This document shows positions 1-15,517 of a stretch of 64,000 bases of DNA, one piece after another. The DNA lies in the NCBI RefSeq assembly GCF_018350175.1, contig NC_058373.1, forward strand, positions 116,252,001 to 116,316,000. Direction: 5' to 3'. Position 1 is the first letter of the stretch. Every line of letters begins with the position of its first letter. A program made the position numbers and the translations under genes. The stretch comes from Felis catus (lineage: Eukaryota). Below the pieces are notes generated by a model. The model saw only the letters and a list, made by a program, of their open reading frames with translations. It did no database searches and had not been told where the DNA came from.

Positions 1-450
1 TCACATGTCATGAAAAATCATTCTTGAAATTATTTTGTAGATACAGTTATGTATCTTGTATTAAAGGTTACTTGATTTAAATTTGGTTCTCCTTTCATCA
101 TCCAAATCTCACAAACATATTTGAACATTTGCATTACATTGCATGAATTGTAAGTTTTGCTCTATAAGAAACTTCCTTGCCTTGAAGGACAATACTTTCA
201 TGGGTTTTGGTGAGGTGTGGAAAACTAAGTAATTTTATGTGAAACCTTTAAATTGGGCACAAATGAGGCAGTAAAAAAGAGGGAGAGTCTTTTATATATA
301 CCTATTACATACCTCTATTTCAGGTAAATTCATATTTTTTCCCTATACTTTTTTAGGGGACTTTTTATAATTATCTCTGGGGAGGAAATTTATATTGTTT
401 CAAGTTGTTATTACAAACTTTACATTTCTTTTAGAAAATTGCTTCTTTTT

Positions 451-671
451 ATTTAAAAAAAAATTTTTTTAACGTTTATTTATTTTTGAGACAGAGAGAG
501 ACAGAGCATGAATGGGGGAGGGTCAGAGAGAGGGAGACACAGAATCTGAAACAGGCTCCAGGCTCTGAGCAGTCAGCACAGAGCCTGACGTGGGGCTCGA
601 ACTCACAGACCGCGAGATCATGACCTGAGCCGAAGTCGGACGCCCAACCAACTGAGCCACCCAGGCGCCCC
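451..671 (-). mobile_element. Can-SINE (SINEC_Fc type) with 17-bp target-site duplication
   Basis: Reverse-strand GGGGCGCCTGGGTGGCTCAG head, CT-rich body and A tail; GAAAATTGCTTCTTTTT at 434-450 and 672-688. Confidence 0.95.
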
Positions 672-876
672 GAAAATTGCTTCTTTTTAAAGGAAGTTTT
701 ATTAGCAGTGTGAAGGTTTCCTTATTACTTGCCTTATAGTGCTGTGAGAATAAAGATGTGGTTTGATAGTCTGTGATGCTTCCTGTTCAGTGATCTTCCA
801 TTATTGTAACCCATACAAACAAAAACTGCTCTAGTAGCTATCGTGTACTGGTACAGTACATAGGAAATTAGCGTAG

Positions 877-1234
<358 letters not shown>

Positions 1235-1320
1235 TTTATAACAAATTAATATATTTTGAAGAAGAATTAAAATAAAATTCTTAACTTGAATAATAGTAAA
1301 ACAGTGCTGTAAGTACTTTT

Positions 1321-1414
1321 ATTTTTTTAATTTTTGTAAAGGTTTTTTAAAAAAATCATTTATTTTTTGAGAGAACAAGTGCGCATGCATGCACTGGGGA
1401 CAGGCAGAGAGAGA

Positions 1415-1459
<45 letters not shown>

Positions 1460-1601
1460 AGAGAGAGAATCCTAAGCAGGTTCTACACAGCGCAGAGCTC
1501 GATGAAGGCTCAAACTCATGAACTGTGAGATCATGACCTGGATGCATAATAGACCAAGATCAAGAGTTGGACACATAACCGACTGAGCCACCCAGGCACC
1601 C
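1321..1601 (-). mobile_element. Can-SINE with expanded (GA)n tract
   Basis: SINE head ...gagccacccaggcaccc ends at 1601; (GA)n at ~1417-1457. Confidence 0.9.
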
Positions 1602-2219
1602 GTATAAGTACTTTTTGCTTTCTGGAATTCCCTGACCCGTGTTCTGCCAAGTAGACATGGAGAGAAAACTTTCCTGAGCATGTGCCCTGGAGTGAGTATG
1701 AGATGGGAGATAATCTGCTAGTCTAGTGGGTCAGAGCTTCTTGCCTGGTTTAGTGACCTACTTGTGAAACTGTTGTTTTCCATCTAGTGTGACCCCTAAA
1801 TGTCAATTGCTTCAGGTCTTGCCTAACAGTATGTTTTGGTAGAGAAATAATTTGCTGTTGGACTTACAGAGAAACTATGTCTGCCTCCAACATGGTGCCT
1901 CCTGTAGCAGATTTTTAATAGAAATTTGGGGTTTAAGTGATTTCTCCCTGCCTTTGTTCAATTTCATTATAAATGAGTATTTCGGATTTAATGGAGTTTT
2001 GTTTTTTTTTTTTTAAGAACTGCCACATTTTTATGTTTCATTATTAATTTTCAAACATGAAAGGATGGATATGTTATCCCGTTTTCAAATGGAGATTATC
2101 CCAAGTTACATAATCAGACACAAACCTGTTTTCCTATTTCCAGCCTTTTGTTTTTATTAGCCTATGAGTGATTTTCAGAAGGCAGGCAAGCTGATAAATT
2201 TCCTGTTCTTAATTATGAT

Positions 2220-2420
2220 GGGGCATCTGGGTGGTCAGTTGGTTAAGAGTCTGACTTTAGCTCAGGTCATGATCTTGCAGGTTGCGAGTTTGAGCCCCGT
2301 GTTGGGCTCTGTGCTGACAGCCTGGAGCCTGCTTCGGATTCTGTGTCCCCCTCTCTCTCTGCCCTCCCCTGCTCCTGCTCTGTCTCTCTCTCTCTCAAAA
2401 ATAAATAAACATTAGAAAAT
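2220..2420 (+). mobile_element. Can-SINE
   Basis: ggggcatctgggtggtcagttgg head, ctctctcaaaaataaataaac tail. Confidence 0.9.
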
Positions 2421-2968
2421 ATATTTTAAATTATGAAAATTATGTAGCTACAAATTGATCACCAAATTATGACATTTTCCTCTCAATTTAGTGTTTTACC
2501 CAGGTCTGGTTCTTACAAGTGTGTTTTGTTCCTGTACTTGGAACATAAGTTTATCATGCTGTCACTCTGCTTTTTGGAATTGCAGTACCCCATCATTTAT
2601 TTGCTTTTGTGGACTATCCCTCCCAACATACCCCTCCCCTCTAAACTTTGTAAACATACTGTATAATAAAGAAACTATCTTCTTATAAAAGGTGAAGGCG
2701 AATTGATCAGTTTGAGAATTACAGTATCCCTTTCTGTGATATGTAATCAGAATGTCTCAAAAATTAGGTAATGATCTTAGAGGGGCTAGTGCTGCTGCAT
2801 TTATGGGTCATATTTCTTTGTTTTGTATCTGGGAAGTACCATGCATGAGCAAGAATTTTGTAATCTGTTGGGTTGGGAATTATATGCACACAAACCTACT
2901 CTGCAGATAACATACTGACATAGATAGTGATGTCTAATGTTCACTGAGCGCACACTATTAATATATGC

Positions 2969-3172
2969 TAGGAGTCAGCAGACTTCCCGTAAATGGTCAG
3001 ATAGCTCCATAGGCCATATGGTCTCTCTTGCAACTACTCAACTGCCATTGTAGAGCTCAAGGAGCCATAAACAACACATAACTGAGTGAGCATGGCTGTA
3101 TTACACTAAAACCTTGTTCAAAGTAGGCAGAGGGCCAAATTGGCTCCATGGGTCTTAGTTTGTCAACTTCTG
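2969..3172 (-). mobile_element. MER58A-like hAT-Charlie MITE
   Basis: Resembles recalled reverse consensus (ggccatatggtctct..gcaactactcaact..gccattgtag..agtttgtcaacttctg). Confidence 0.75.
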
Positions 3173-3884
3173 GTTTAGGTCTTCTTTTAAGCATTTCATA
3201 CGCATTCACACAGTTAATCTTCACTGTAAGCGTTCGATGTTAATGTGATTCTCACATTACAGATGGACATATCATGGCTAAAAGAGAAGTTATAAAAAAC
3301 CTGACCAAAGTCACACAGCTACAAAGTGGCAGTCCTAGAATTGAAATCTAGTTTTGAATCATGCTTTTAATTGTTGTTACACCACTTTTATATAGTTTTG
3401 TAACATCTATCGTGTAACATTTTAATATGACAACATTGAGAATTTGACAGATAACACACATAGATAACATTTAACAGATACTGTTCAGTGCTTATTACAC
3501 GCTCTGAGCACCATTCTAAGTACCGTAAATAAATCAGTGAACAGCCAAAAAATTCTACTCTTATGTGGCTTCCATACTTACTAGTATGGAATCATACTAG
3601 TATCAATCAAATATATATGGAGTGGTGGGGGTTGGGGGGATTTAAGTGTAAATAGAGTGGTCAAAGAAAAGCCTCGCTGAGAGCAAAGACCTGAAGGAGG
3701 TGAAGGAGTGAGCTATCAGGATATTGGGGGGGAAATGAGCTGTCTCTACGCAAGAGTAACAGCACAGGCAAAAGTCTTAAAGTAACAACATGCCTGTCAG
3801 GTTTGAGAAATAGTGGGGCTGGTGTGAAGTAAGTGAGGCTACAAACTGTATAGTCTTGTAAGATATTTTAAAGATTGTGTTTTA

Positions 3885-4085
3885 GGGGCACCTGGGTGGC
3901 TCAGTTGGTTGAACGTCCTACTTCGGCTCGGGTCATGATCTCACAGCTCCTGAGTTCGAGCCCCGTGTCGGGCTCTGTGCTGACAGCTCGGGGCCTGCTT
4001 CAGATTCTGTGTCTCCCTCTCTCTCTGCCCCTCCCCCACTTGCATTCTGTCTCTGTCTCTCTCAAAAATAAACATTAAAAAAAAA
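3885..4085 (+). mobile_element. Can-SINE
   Basis: ggggcacctgggtggctcagttgg head, A tail, imperfect TSD (aagattgtg/aaaattgtg). Confidence 0.92.
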
Positions 4086-4640
4086 TTGTGGTTTTAATTC
4101 CCAGTGAGATTAGGAACTGCTAAAGGGTACTGAGCAGAGGGAGTGTCATGATCTGAATTACATTTTAACAGAATCACTGTGGCTATGATTAAAAGGGGCA
4201 GAGGCTGGAGCAGAAGCTCAGCTACCAGATGATTGCAGTAATCCAAGGCACGGAGCAGGACAGTGAGAAGTAGTCTGATTGGGTGTGTAGAAGATATTAG
4301 GGACAGGATATGTTGATGTTGATGGATTAGGATATATCCTGTAAGAGAAATAGTACTCATGGAAGACTGTAAGGTTTTTGGGTTAAGTGACAGGGAGGAT
4401 GGAAAGGGAGAAGGCTGAGAAGGAACAGATTTAGGAGGAGGGAGAGCAGGAGGAGGGTAAGATGGGGAGTTCAGTTTTGGGCGTATCAGGTATGAGATGC
4501 TGTTAGCCCTCTAAGTGGCAACAATTAGTAGTTAATTAGGGTAGGTCTGGATTTCAGGTATGAAGTCCGGGTTGAGGTTTTAAATTCATGAGTTTTCAGT
4601 GTATAAATTAAAAAAAAAAAAAAAGAGCGGGGGGCGGGGG

Positions 4641-5066
4641 TGTCATGTTAACTGTGGGTTGGGTTATCATGAAGTTCATAAGGTAACTGGCAAGCCTGCA
4701 TGGAGTTCAAGCTCCCTGATCCAATTTTGTTGGTCATGGCTACGATTTGGCACCACCTAGTGGCAGTTGCTTACTCTGGCTTAATTATCACTTGGGGCTC
4801 TTCCAGCTCTCTGGCTGGTTTGGGTTTACAGGGCAGCAGCATTTAGTTGGTTAGCAGTTATTGATTAGTTGGCACTCATTTTATGGACGTGACTGAGAGT
4901 GAACTAGGATGAGGGGTCGTGTGCTCTCATGTTTTGCTTTTAAGAAGGGCTTATCTCTAATTTCCGTCTCCAGCCGCTCCCATTTTTTCCCTACCCAAGA
5001 TCAGTACTTTACCCTAATCCCATCTGAATGTGGGCGCTGGGTAGAAGATGGAGGAAGCTAATTACA
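4641..5066. mobile_element. LTR-like (solo LTR) insertion into the L2
   Basis: ~425 bp non-L2 segment bounded by TGT...ACA; L2 similarity resumes on both sides; family not identified. Confidence 0.45.
4748..4766 (-). promoter_or_regulatory. CTCF core motif
   Basis: Reverse strand reads CTGCCACTAGGTGGTGCCA, matching CCACYAGRKGGCRC with one mismatch. Confidence 0.55.
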
Positions 5067-5714
5067 AGTATTTCTGAATTTTAGTTATCGTGGGACCAGA
5101 ACACTGGATGAGATGTAGAAAAGAGGGAGTGTATATGGAAAAACGAAAAGTTCCAGGGATTGAGCTTTGAGCCAGTCCGGTGTAATAGGTGCAGGAGACC
5201 CTGTAGGAACAGCGGGTGAGGTGCAAGGAAGGCCTAGAGTGCTGTATCCCGGATTTTCAAGGAGACTGGAGTGCTCAGCTTTGTCCAACAGTGCCCATGG
5301 GTCAGGTGATACGAGGCTGAGACTTGGCCATTGGATTGTTGGTGACCTTGATAAGCACATTCATGGAGGGGGATCAGAGTACCTGTAGGAGAGAATTAGA
5401 GGAGGAGAACTGAAAAGAGTGAATACAGACTACTCTTGGTGAATTTGTGTAAAGGGGATCAGTGACTCAGGGTGAAAGCCAGCAGGGGAAGGTAAGGATA
5501 AAGGAGAGATTTGGATTTTCTAAGAACATGTAAGAGAAATAACAGCTTGTTTCTTATAACTGATGGAGATGATCCAGAAGAAAGGAGGAAAATGTGGTTT
5601 TTGTTTATAAAAGTGACATATGTTAATTTTAGAAAAGACAGTTAATATGAAGAAAATAATTCACATTTTTGGCACTGACATAACTTTATTTTTTGGTGTA
5701 TCACTTTTTAAAAT

Positions 5715-6060
5715 TATTTTTGTATTGTAATATAATTCATGTACTTTAAAATTCACTCTTCTAAAGTGTACAATTCAGTGAGTTTTAGTATTTAGTAGTT
5801 AGTGTGCACTTATCACCACTGTCCAATTCTAGAACATTCTTGTCACCCCAAAAAAAAAAAAAAAAATACCCATGATACTCCCATTTCCTCCTTCAACCAG
5901 CCCCTGGCAACCACTGATCTATTTTCTGTCTCTATTGCCTCTTCTGGACATTCATATAGATGGAATTATGTAATAGGTGGCTTTTTGTGTCTGGCTTCCT
6001 TGACTTAGCATGTTGTAGCATATATCAGGACTTTATTCCTTTTTATGGCTAAATATGGTA
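5715..6060 (-). mobile_element. Old L1 (L1M-type) 3' fragment
   Basis: aaagtgtacaattcagtg...cccctggcaaccactgatct..ttctggacattcata, typical antisense L1M 3' end. Confidence 0.75.
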
Positions 6061-7189
6061 TATTACTTTTAATATTCCTACACATATATGCAAATATACT
6101 CTTAATATTCTTTTTAACTGTTACAGATTGGAACCATACTTTTTATATAGTGCCATCATTTTCACTCAAGTATTTTCTCACTTTATTATGTCATCTTTGA
6201 AAACATTTTTAGTGCCTGTGTGATGTTTTAATAGACAATCCAATTTATTTGACCTTTTTTTATTGGACATTTTCATACTTTTTATGTTTTAAGAAGTTTT
6301 GTTAACAACCTGAAATGAACAATTTTTTGCTAAAACCTTATATACATAGGTGATTTTATCCTTTGGCAGCAATTTCTAGAAATAGATTACTGATCATGGG
6401 TGGGTATGTACACTCTTGTGAGGCTTTTGGCCACATTGCTAGATTGTTTCATAGGAGGTTACTCCAGTGCATCCCCATGAGCAGTATGTGGGTGTGCCTT
6501 TCTTATCCTAAATGCCACTGGTAGAAATTATTGGTAAAAAGGTTGATTAGATGAAAATAGTACCTCTTTGTGTTGATTTGAACCTTAGACCATATTGCTA
6601 CCAGTGAGAAAAATATCTAAGAAAGCGTATTTACTCGAAAGTCTCCTAAAACTATCTAAGATTTCCTGACAAGATTTGATTTTTTATGGTATATTTAGCA
6701 ACATTGGAAAAAGTACACGTAAAGTACTTTTAAAGTAAGTTTGCGTGCGTCTTTTTAAATGAAAAATATGTTTCTGGTTTGTTAATGTCTTGGAATTGGT
6801 TTTGATAGCATTTTTTAAGTCTTTTCTCATATTTTAGATTTTCAGTAACTTGTTAAGTTTTCGTTCTATAAAATTCATAACTTTGAAATGTGAATATCCT
6901 ATTTCATAATCGCTTATTATAGAGTTTTTAGAAATAACTTTACAGTTTAATACTACAAAAAAGTAAATACAATGCTAACTTTTAAATTTTGATATTTAGA
7001 GATATCAGAACCCCAAATACAGTGACAGCTGTTTTGGACAAATGATAAAGAACATGAATTTTATACTTACGTTGAAGACTTTAAAACATAAGATAAAGCC
7101 TAATAGGTCATTTATAAATCAATTTATATGGTAGATTCTAGAGGCTGTTTCTAAGTTTTTAATTTAAATCTAGTCTAGGTTTAGATTTC

Positions 7190-7388
7190 TAAAATTTTTT
7201 TTTAATGTTTATTTTTGAGAGAGCGAGCATGAGCAGGGGAGGGGCAAAGAGAGAGGGAGATACAGAGTCCAAAGCAGGCTCCAGGCTCTGAGCTGTAAGC
7301 ACAGAGCCCGATATGGGGCTGGAACCCGTGAGCTGTGAGATCATGACCCGAAGTTGGATGCTTAACCGAATGAGCCACCGAGGCCCCC
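7190..7388 (-). mobile_element. Can-SINE
   Basis: Antisense SINE body and head. Confidence 0.9.
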
Positions 7389-8059
7389 CTAGCTTTAGAT
7401 TTTTTAAAAGTACATACACATTTCTAGTAATTCATTTTTATTTTATATTAATCTTAGAGGCGAAGGTATGCTTTTATTATTGAGCTTGCCTGGGAAGAGT
7501 GTGAGTCAACTACAGAATCTACTAATTGTATTTTTTCTATGCGGTTATAACAAATAAGATAATTTTTATTGAGCTAATAGCAGATTCAGTCATCCTTGTC
7601 TGTCAAAAAGTATATAAAAAGTCAGCTATTGTACTCTTCAATTGCCAAACTGTATTTCAAGATAAATTACAGTGTAGTTGGGTAGGTGGATTTATTTATA
7701 TCTGTATACATAGTACATATGGTAATTCCAGTCACTAATAACTGCCCTAAGTGGAGTGTTAAAGGAATGGTCTTACAGATATACAGGAATATGTAGTTTT
7801 TCATGAGGCATTTTGTAATTGTTGCATGAATGATGAAAGAGAAAACACAGTATTTTGTTCTACAACTGTTTTAATTTTTTTGGTCATTGTGAACAGCAAG
7901 ACATCTTACATCATTATATTGCATCTTCTTTATGGATTGGTCAGCCTTTTGATTTTTTTTTTTCCTCAAATTACTCTAGGTTTTTTTTGATTTGTAAGAT
8001 AATCACATTGGTTTTTCAAAAATTTTTGCATTGTATTAGAGAGGTAAAATAATGATAGC

Positions 8060-8348
8060 TGCAGTTCATTGTGCCAGGCATTGTGCTAAGAAATGCTTGT
8101 GCTAAGCACATTAACTCCATTATTTCATGGTACTACTTAGTGAGATCTCATTTTACAGATGAGGAAACCAGGGCCCTGGAAGCCAGAGCTATCCAGTTAG
8201 TAAGCTAGAGACAGACTTCACATAAAAGTCCAGGGCCATTTTGCTGGTTCAGTCAGTACAGTATGTGACTCTTGATCTTGGGGTGGTAAGTTCAAGCCCC
8301 AGGTTGGGTGTAGAGATTACTTCAAATAAAATCTTCAAAAAAAAAAAA
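8060..8348. mobile_element. MIR fragment (antisense) followed by a short older carnivore SINE (sense, ~8232-8348)
   Basis: cattttacagatgaggaaac MIR core; gactcttgatcttggggtggtaagttcaagcccc...gtagagattact short SINE. Confidence 0.7.
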
Positions 8349-8612
8349 TCCAGGGCTGTTTTAAATATAATCCTATGTTGCCCCTTATTGTTGATAGTGT
8401 ATGGAACCTTTTCTCAGGCCATTCGAGGATTTGGAAGTTCAGTTCATTCTGTAAATAGAATGCTTTCTTTGTCCAGCTGTGAAATAAAAACCAACTCTTT
8501 GGAATGACTTGCCAACTTGTATTCAGTGAACTACTTGGGAAATTGTTTTTCCTCAAGTTACTGTATGCTGTGAGTTCTTTCCATTGTTAAACAGTATATA
8601 AGCAGATCATAG

Positions 8613-10364
<1,752 letters not shown>

Positions 10365-12529
10365 TAAATGACTGGAGGAGAGTTCCCTGAGAGTCACTGC
10401 GGTCGTGGGTACTATCGATTAGAGTGGTATTTACTAAAATATATAAAATAGGCTTTGTGTTACTGTCCCTCCTTCTGCTGTGTTGGTAAACTTTCTTCTG
10501 TGTAGGAGATGCTTATGTCAGAAAAGGTTTCAATTTTTTCTTGGCCTTGGGTTTTTCAAAGTCAGTTGCCACCTCTTAATGTTTTACCAGGACTGACCAA
10601 AATTGGTTGTCTTCTTTCATTGTACAGTAGTAGCAACAACAAAATGTAGAAATTTATTAGATCACAAACCATTTTTAATCATCTCCTATACAGTGTGTGC
10701 CACTGAGCTTTCAGAGTTAGATACCTCAACCAGTAAGATTTTGCCAAATGTTACTTTATCTCTGACTATGTACTGTGAAAACTTGTGCCTCGTTTGTCTC
10801 TTTGGTTTTACTTCTCCCTTACTCAAGTTTCAGGCATTAACCATTTTTTTTCTGTTAGCTTCACACTTCAAGTTTATTAAATCAATGTAGTTTATATTGG
10901 CATTTAGTATCCATTAGTGGATACATGATGCTCCCTGTGATAACACTGATGGTGTTTGATTAAAGTGATAGCTTATTTACTTCAGACTTATGGTATATTG
11001 TGCAGAATTCAGTGGGTGATTTTGTATTGCCAGTGTGTTTTGGACGTTGTATTTCTTTCGGAGGTGTTTCTTCCTGTTTCCTCCTACCCAGAATAGTCAA
11101 TTCATTCTCTTGCGGATTTTATGGAATCTGGTTCTGGAGCAGGATCAGAAGAATCCTGACGTCTTCTGTTGCTGGAACCATAGCTTTTTCACCCTCCACT
11201 CCCATCCCCTGTATTCAGGCTGGTATCTTGTAAAACATTCTCTTACTTCCTTTGATACCATTTCTGATAAAGACTAATTTCTAATGAGAATGCAAAAAAA
11301 TGATCTTTAGTACCTAAAGAAGAAAACAGTCTATCAAACTTAAGTATTGAGAACTAATTATATCTGAAGTGATTATAACCATTTGGTGACAGCATAGTAA
11401 TTAAATTCCCTTAAGCCTTTGCTGTGGGTATCATTCTGTTTTTTATAAAAAGTCTTTTGAAATGCTTTTAGTGATTTCTCACACAAAGCATATCAGATAT
11501 GTTCATGACGTACAAGAAACCATTGGGTTTAAAAATAGAGCTTAATTTTTCAAGGTGTCATTAAGTAAATTTTAAGAGTGAGCATGCTATGATAGAAAAA
11601 TACTGCTGTTCTAAATACTGTTGAAATGTAAATACTAAAAAATATGTACAAGAGCTATAGTAAGTCTCTATGTCGTTGAATTTAAAATGCCATTTCTTTT
11701 TCACAGGGAATATGAGGTGTTCCAATTTTTAGGAAAAGTTACCTGAAAGGTTTTATTTGCTTTTCGGTGCAGATCTTTGACCGCTATGAGCTCATGCTTT
11801 TCCAGATTCCAGGTTTTGTCTTCTTTTGTTTGTGTTCTTATTTTTAAAAAACAAGTCATTGAATGTTAATAAGAAGCAGGTAATGAACTAAAAATTTCCA
11901 TGTACTTTGACGTGACGGGCTGTTAAAAAACATTTTTTTGCCAAAGGAAGAACATTGTAGGGGCTGTTTTTATTTGAGTTTCATTTATGTTTAGAATAAA
12001 ATAAGAGTAAAACTAAACAGCTTAAATGTGTGAAGGGTTTGTGTTTCATTGGTTTGATCACATTTCATTAGGGTTTTGTTTGGGCTTTTTGGAAGATTGG
12101 AGGTAGTGAGAGAGGGGATATGTTTTGGTTCTCATTTAAAAATTGTATAAAATCTCAAATAATTGTTAAAGATTTATTTATATCGACATTAATTGTTACA
12201 GTCCTTTTTAGCAGTTTAGAAGACAGTTTTCTGGGCTATCTCTTCCTACATACTACACTCCTGAAATGTGTCAACAAAACAGGACGCTGCTTGACCGTTC
12301 ATGTGGCCGTACGTAAGCCACAAATAGATTTTATTCTAATGAACTTGGAGGTGTTGATGAGTTCTCCAATGATTTTGTTTTCTTTTTAAGCGTAGTTAGT
12401 GGAGTTGGCAGTGTGGAAGGACGAGATCTAGAAAATGTACTCTAAAGTACTAAAGTGAAATACTCTTAACATAGGAGGTGACTTAACATAATGACATGAT
12501 GTTGGACACCCGTGCTGGTACACGGGCTC

Positions 12530-12650
12530 CGCTGTGGGAAAGCTGTCTATCTTCTTGTAGCCTCAGCCTCCTCATCTCACAGGGTTGCTGTGAGGAATTC
12601 GTAGATGTCAGATGCTTAGAACACTGCCTGGCCCACACGAAATGCTTAAT
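12530..12650 (+). mobile_element. MIR fragment
   Basis: cctcagcctcctcatct...agggttgctgtgagga...cttagaacactgcctggc. Confidence 0.6.
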
Positions 12651-14179
12651 AGTGCTACTGTTTCGATTATACAGACCGCTGTTCTGCTACTCAAATGTGT
12701 CCTTTCCTTAAAGTGGAAGAAAATGATGAAAGGTAGAAATATATTAGAGATTTCTGATCGTGCCATTGTGAGACTCAGCAATAGTAAAAGTAAGAATTTT
12801 TACATAATACCTGATTTCTTACATAATACCAGCAGAAAAACATGAACATGTAATCTAGTAATATGGATTTTATCTTATTTTGGCCATAATATATCCTATA
12901 CCTTCTCTCTTGGCATTTGGTTACATAGCAAATGATTGTTTTCATAGGACTTTTCACCATTAATCAAGTACTTTGGTTAAAATTGGATTTCATCAGCTTT
13001 TCTGCTTAGGTGGGAGAAGAGTTTTAGATGCAAGCTAAGGCCTTTTGTGTTGATCTCTTTTGCATTTAATTCTTTTATAATGATAAAGCATGTCTTTAAT
13101 AACTGATGGTGAATATTTGAAGGAAAAAGTACAATTAAGTTCTATATCATAGAAGTGTCGTTTGGTACCTGCATTACTTTTAAAAACCATTTTCTTTTGC
13201 GTCCCTTAATTTACTGCATGATTCAACAGATTATAAAGAACAATCAGAATGGAAAGGTTTATATTTGCTCTATTATACTTCGTAATATTTTTCTGAATTT
13301 CTTAACCTCTGTTTTTCTGTTCAAGAAAATTATTTCAAATGTAATGTTTGAGCCCCTACTCTATAAGCATGAAATAGGATCCTATTATATTTCTTTTGGG
13401 AACCAAAGGTAATCTTTTGTTAAGGAAATATCACTTTACTCAAAGAAAAACCAAATCTCCATAAATAATTTATGAGAGTTTGTGCCATCTGTGTAAATTG
13501 GAGGTCAGTTATTTTGAATCCAAATATCATTGAATCTTAGAAAGACCCCTGAATAGACAAGAACATGAGAATTAAAGCTTTTGTACCTTACTAAACAGAG
13601 GGACTCTGAATTCCAATACATTAAATTTCTCATCTGTCACTCCATGTGGCAAGTGAGAAGAAGCAAAGTAGTAGAAGGGAATTGGTGCTTGGGGAAGCTA
13701 AAGTAATGACAACACCAGAAATGCGCCACCAGCACGAAAGGAGAAGCTGGAATGACCACACAAACCCAAGCAGAACACAGCGGGTGGGTCATTAAATGCA
13801 GGGGTAAACTGTCTTTGGAATTTGATAGTTGAAGGACATTGTGGGATCCTAACTTAACACTGTATTGTAGTAGGCGCAGTGATAAGTGTTTATGTGACTG
13901 GCCCCGCTTAAGGGAAAGGCTCTGTCAGTCTATGTGGAGAAGAAAGCTTAGACATCAAACCACAGAGAAAGATGCTCATTCAGTGTAGTGAACAGATTTG
14001 GATACTTCATGTGCTTGGAAAAGTTGTCTTCTCTTAAAGCAGTATGAAGAAGAGGTATTTTATTGATGAGGCAAGTAAGGGTTAGTGTATAGAATTCCCT
14101 GAACCAGCCCATGCCTGATTTTGTGTGGTAGGGGCAGACATTACACTATATATATGTATTTTTTCTGGTAGCAGTGAAG

Positions 14180-14380
14180 TTCTGGATGAGGAATCAAACA
14201 GTTACGTTTTAATACCACCTCTAATTATTAACTGGATACTTTTGGCAAGTCATTAAATCTGTGCCTCAGTTTTCCCAGGTGTAAAACAGGAACAACTGTT
14301 TAGGTCTGTCTCAGCATTAACTATCAGATTCTAGTGAGCTTAGATTTGTAAAAGTGCTCTGTAAATTACAGGTTTAGTGT
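14180..14380 (+). mobile_element. MIR fragment
   Basis: ggcaagtcattaaatctgtgcctcagttttccc..gtaaaa; ttgtaaaagtgctctgtaaa. Confidence 0.6.
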
Positions 14381-15517
14381 GAGAACTAAGACACTGATGC
14401 CTTTTAGTCATTTGTAAGGAAGTTTCCCTTTTCAAATCTATGTCACTTCAAATAGATATTCTTCACTAATGACCCCTTCTTAGGTGAATCAGAAAACATA
14501 TGCAAAATAGTTTGAGTGCAGTTTTCTGGAAGAGAGTCTATATGTCTCATCCCACTTGCAAAGGATTAAAAAAACATTTGGAGCCACCGCTGAGATAAGG
14601 AATCCTGAAACTCTTTTAGGAACTGTTGTGTGTGAATCATGACTCCAGTGTATCATCTAATTTCTTGAAAGCATTTTGTCTGCCCATCTGTATTTGTTTG
14701 GCTGTCTGGGATTGTGGAAAATACCAGTAGGACATGGAGATTTTCTCTCACTCAAGACACAGCTAATCCTTTGTCGTTGGTTGCTGTTGTGTGCTGGTTT
14801 ACTTATCAAAAAGTAGATTAGTCCTTTGAAATATGTTCACAGCTTGAAATTGTTTAATGTGGAATGAACGCTTTGAGGTTGTGCCATACATTCTCGGTGT
14901 GCTTTGGCCTCCCAGAAGATAACACTGATGAGTATTCGTTTTTTTTTTTTAGAACAAAACCTTGGCACGCCGGTGTTGGCATCATCCTTGGCTGACATGG
15001 GAAGTAAGAGGGGGAGAGACGTTTAGATCAAATGGCAGTGTATTTCAGGATGTCTGCTTATATCTTTTATTTTTCTGAGATGTACATATACTTGTGTGTA
15101 TTTTCGCCTTTCTTTCATGTCTCATTTCCTACTAGCATTTGCTGCTTTTCTGTTTGAGGTACCAAAACACAACTTTTTATTTGCAGTCTTCTCATATTTA
15201 CTTTTTCCTCTAATAAACACTCCCCACTGAAAATAACACCTTTCTTGAGCAGTTTTTTTTCTGTCTAAATTTTTGTTTATTTAATAGCAATCGAGCCATC
15301 ACAAGAGGCCAGCCACAACTGTGCATAGGGACTAGAAAGTCACTTATCACCTATGAATCCTCTCACTAAGCAATCAGTGGCATGACTGACATGTTTTTGT
15401 GGCGTCTTTTTCTGTACATACTGATGCTTACAACTTTCCAATATTTGAGACAGAATATGGATAACCTTCACCTCCTACCTTGCCATGTGTTGCTCTTTTA
15501 TACCTCCCTGCCATTGT

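Larger units (their letters stand above)
3470..5590 (-). mobile_element. Old L2 LINE fragment, interrupted by a SINE and an LTR-like insert; contains the right arm (3491-3616) of the inverted repeat
   Basis: Typical antisense L2 motifs: gagttcagttttgggc, actggatgagat, gaggctgagacttggccattggatt. Confidence 0.7.

Noticed and set aside
11707..11812. Possible small exons after ttttcacag (11707) and ggtgcag (11773)
   Set aside because: Weak donors; lengths 10 and 40 nt are not frame-preserving; no further support
13640..13795. Purine-rich, exon-looking open frame (SEKKQSSRRELVLGEAK...)
   Set aside because: No acceptor in the phase required by intron 6 and no pyrimidine tract; the phase-1 readings hit stops
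10939..14930. GATAACACTGATG repeated at ~10939 and ~14918 (contains a miR-200a/141-like seed)
   Set aside because: 13-mer repeats are expected by chance; no hairpin precursor is visible
15288..15320. Possible 33-nt exon AIEPSQEASHN after ttaatag
   Set aside because: Donor ACT|gtgcat is very weak and read-through stops immediately
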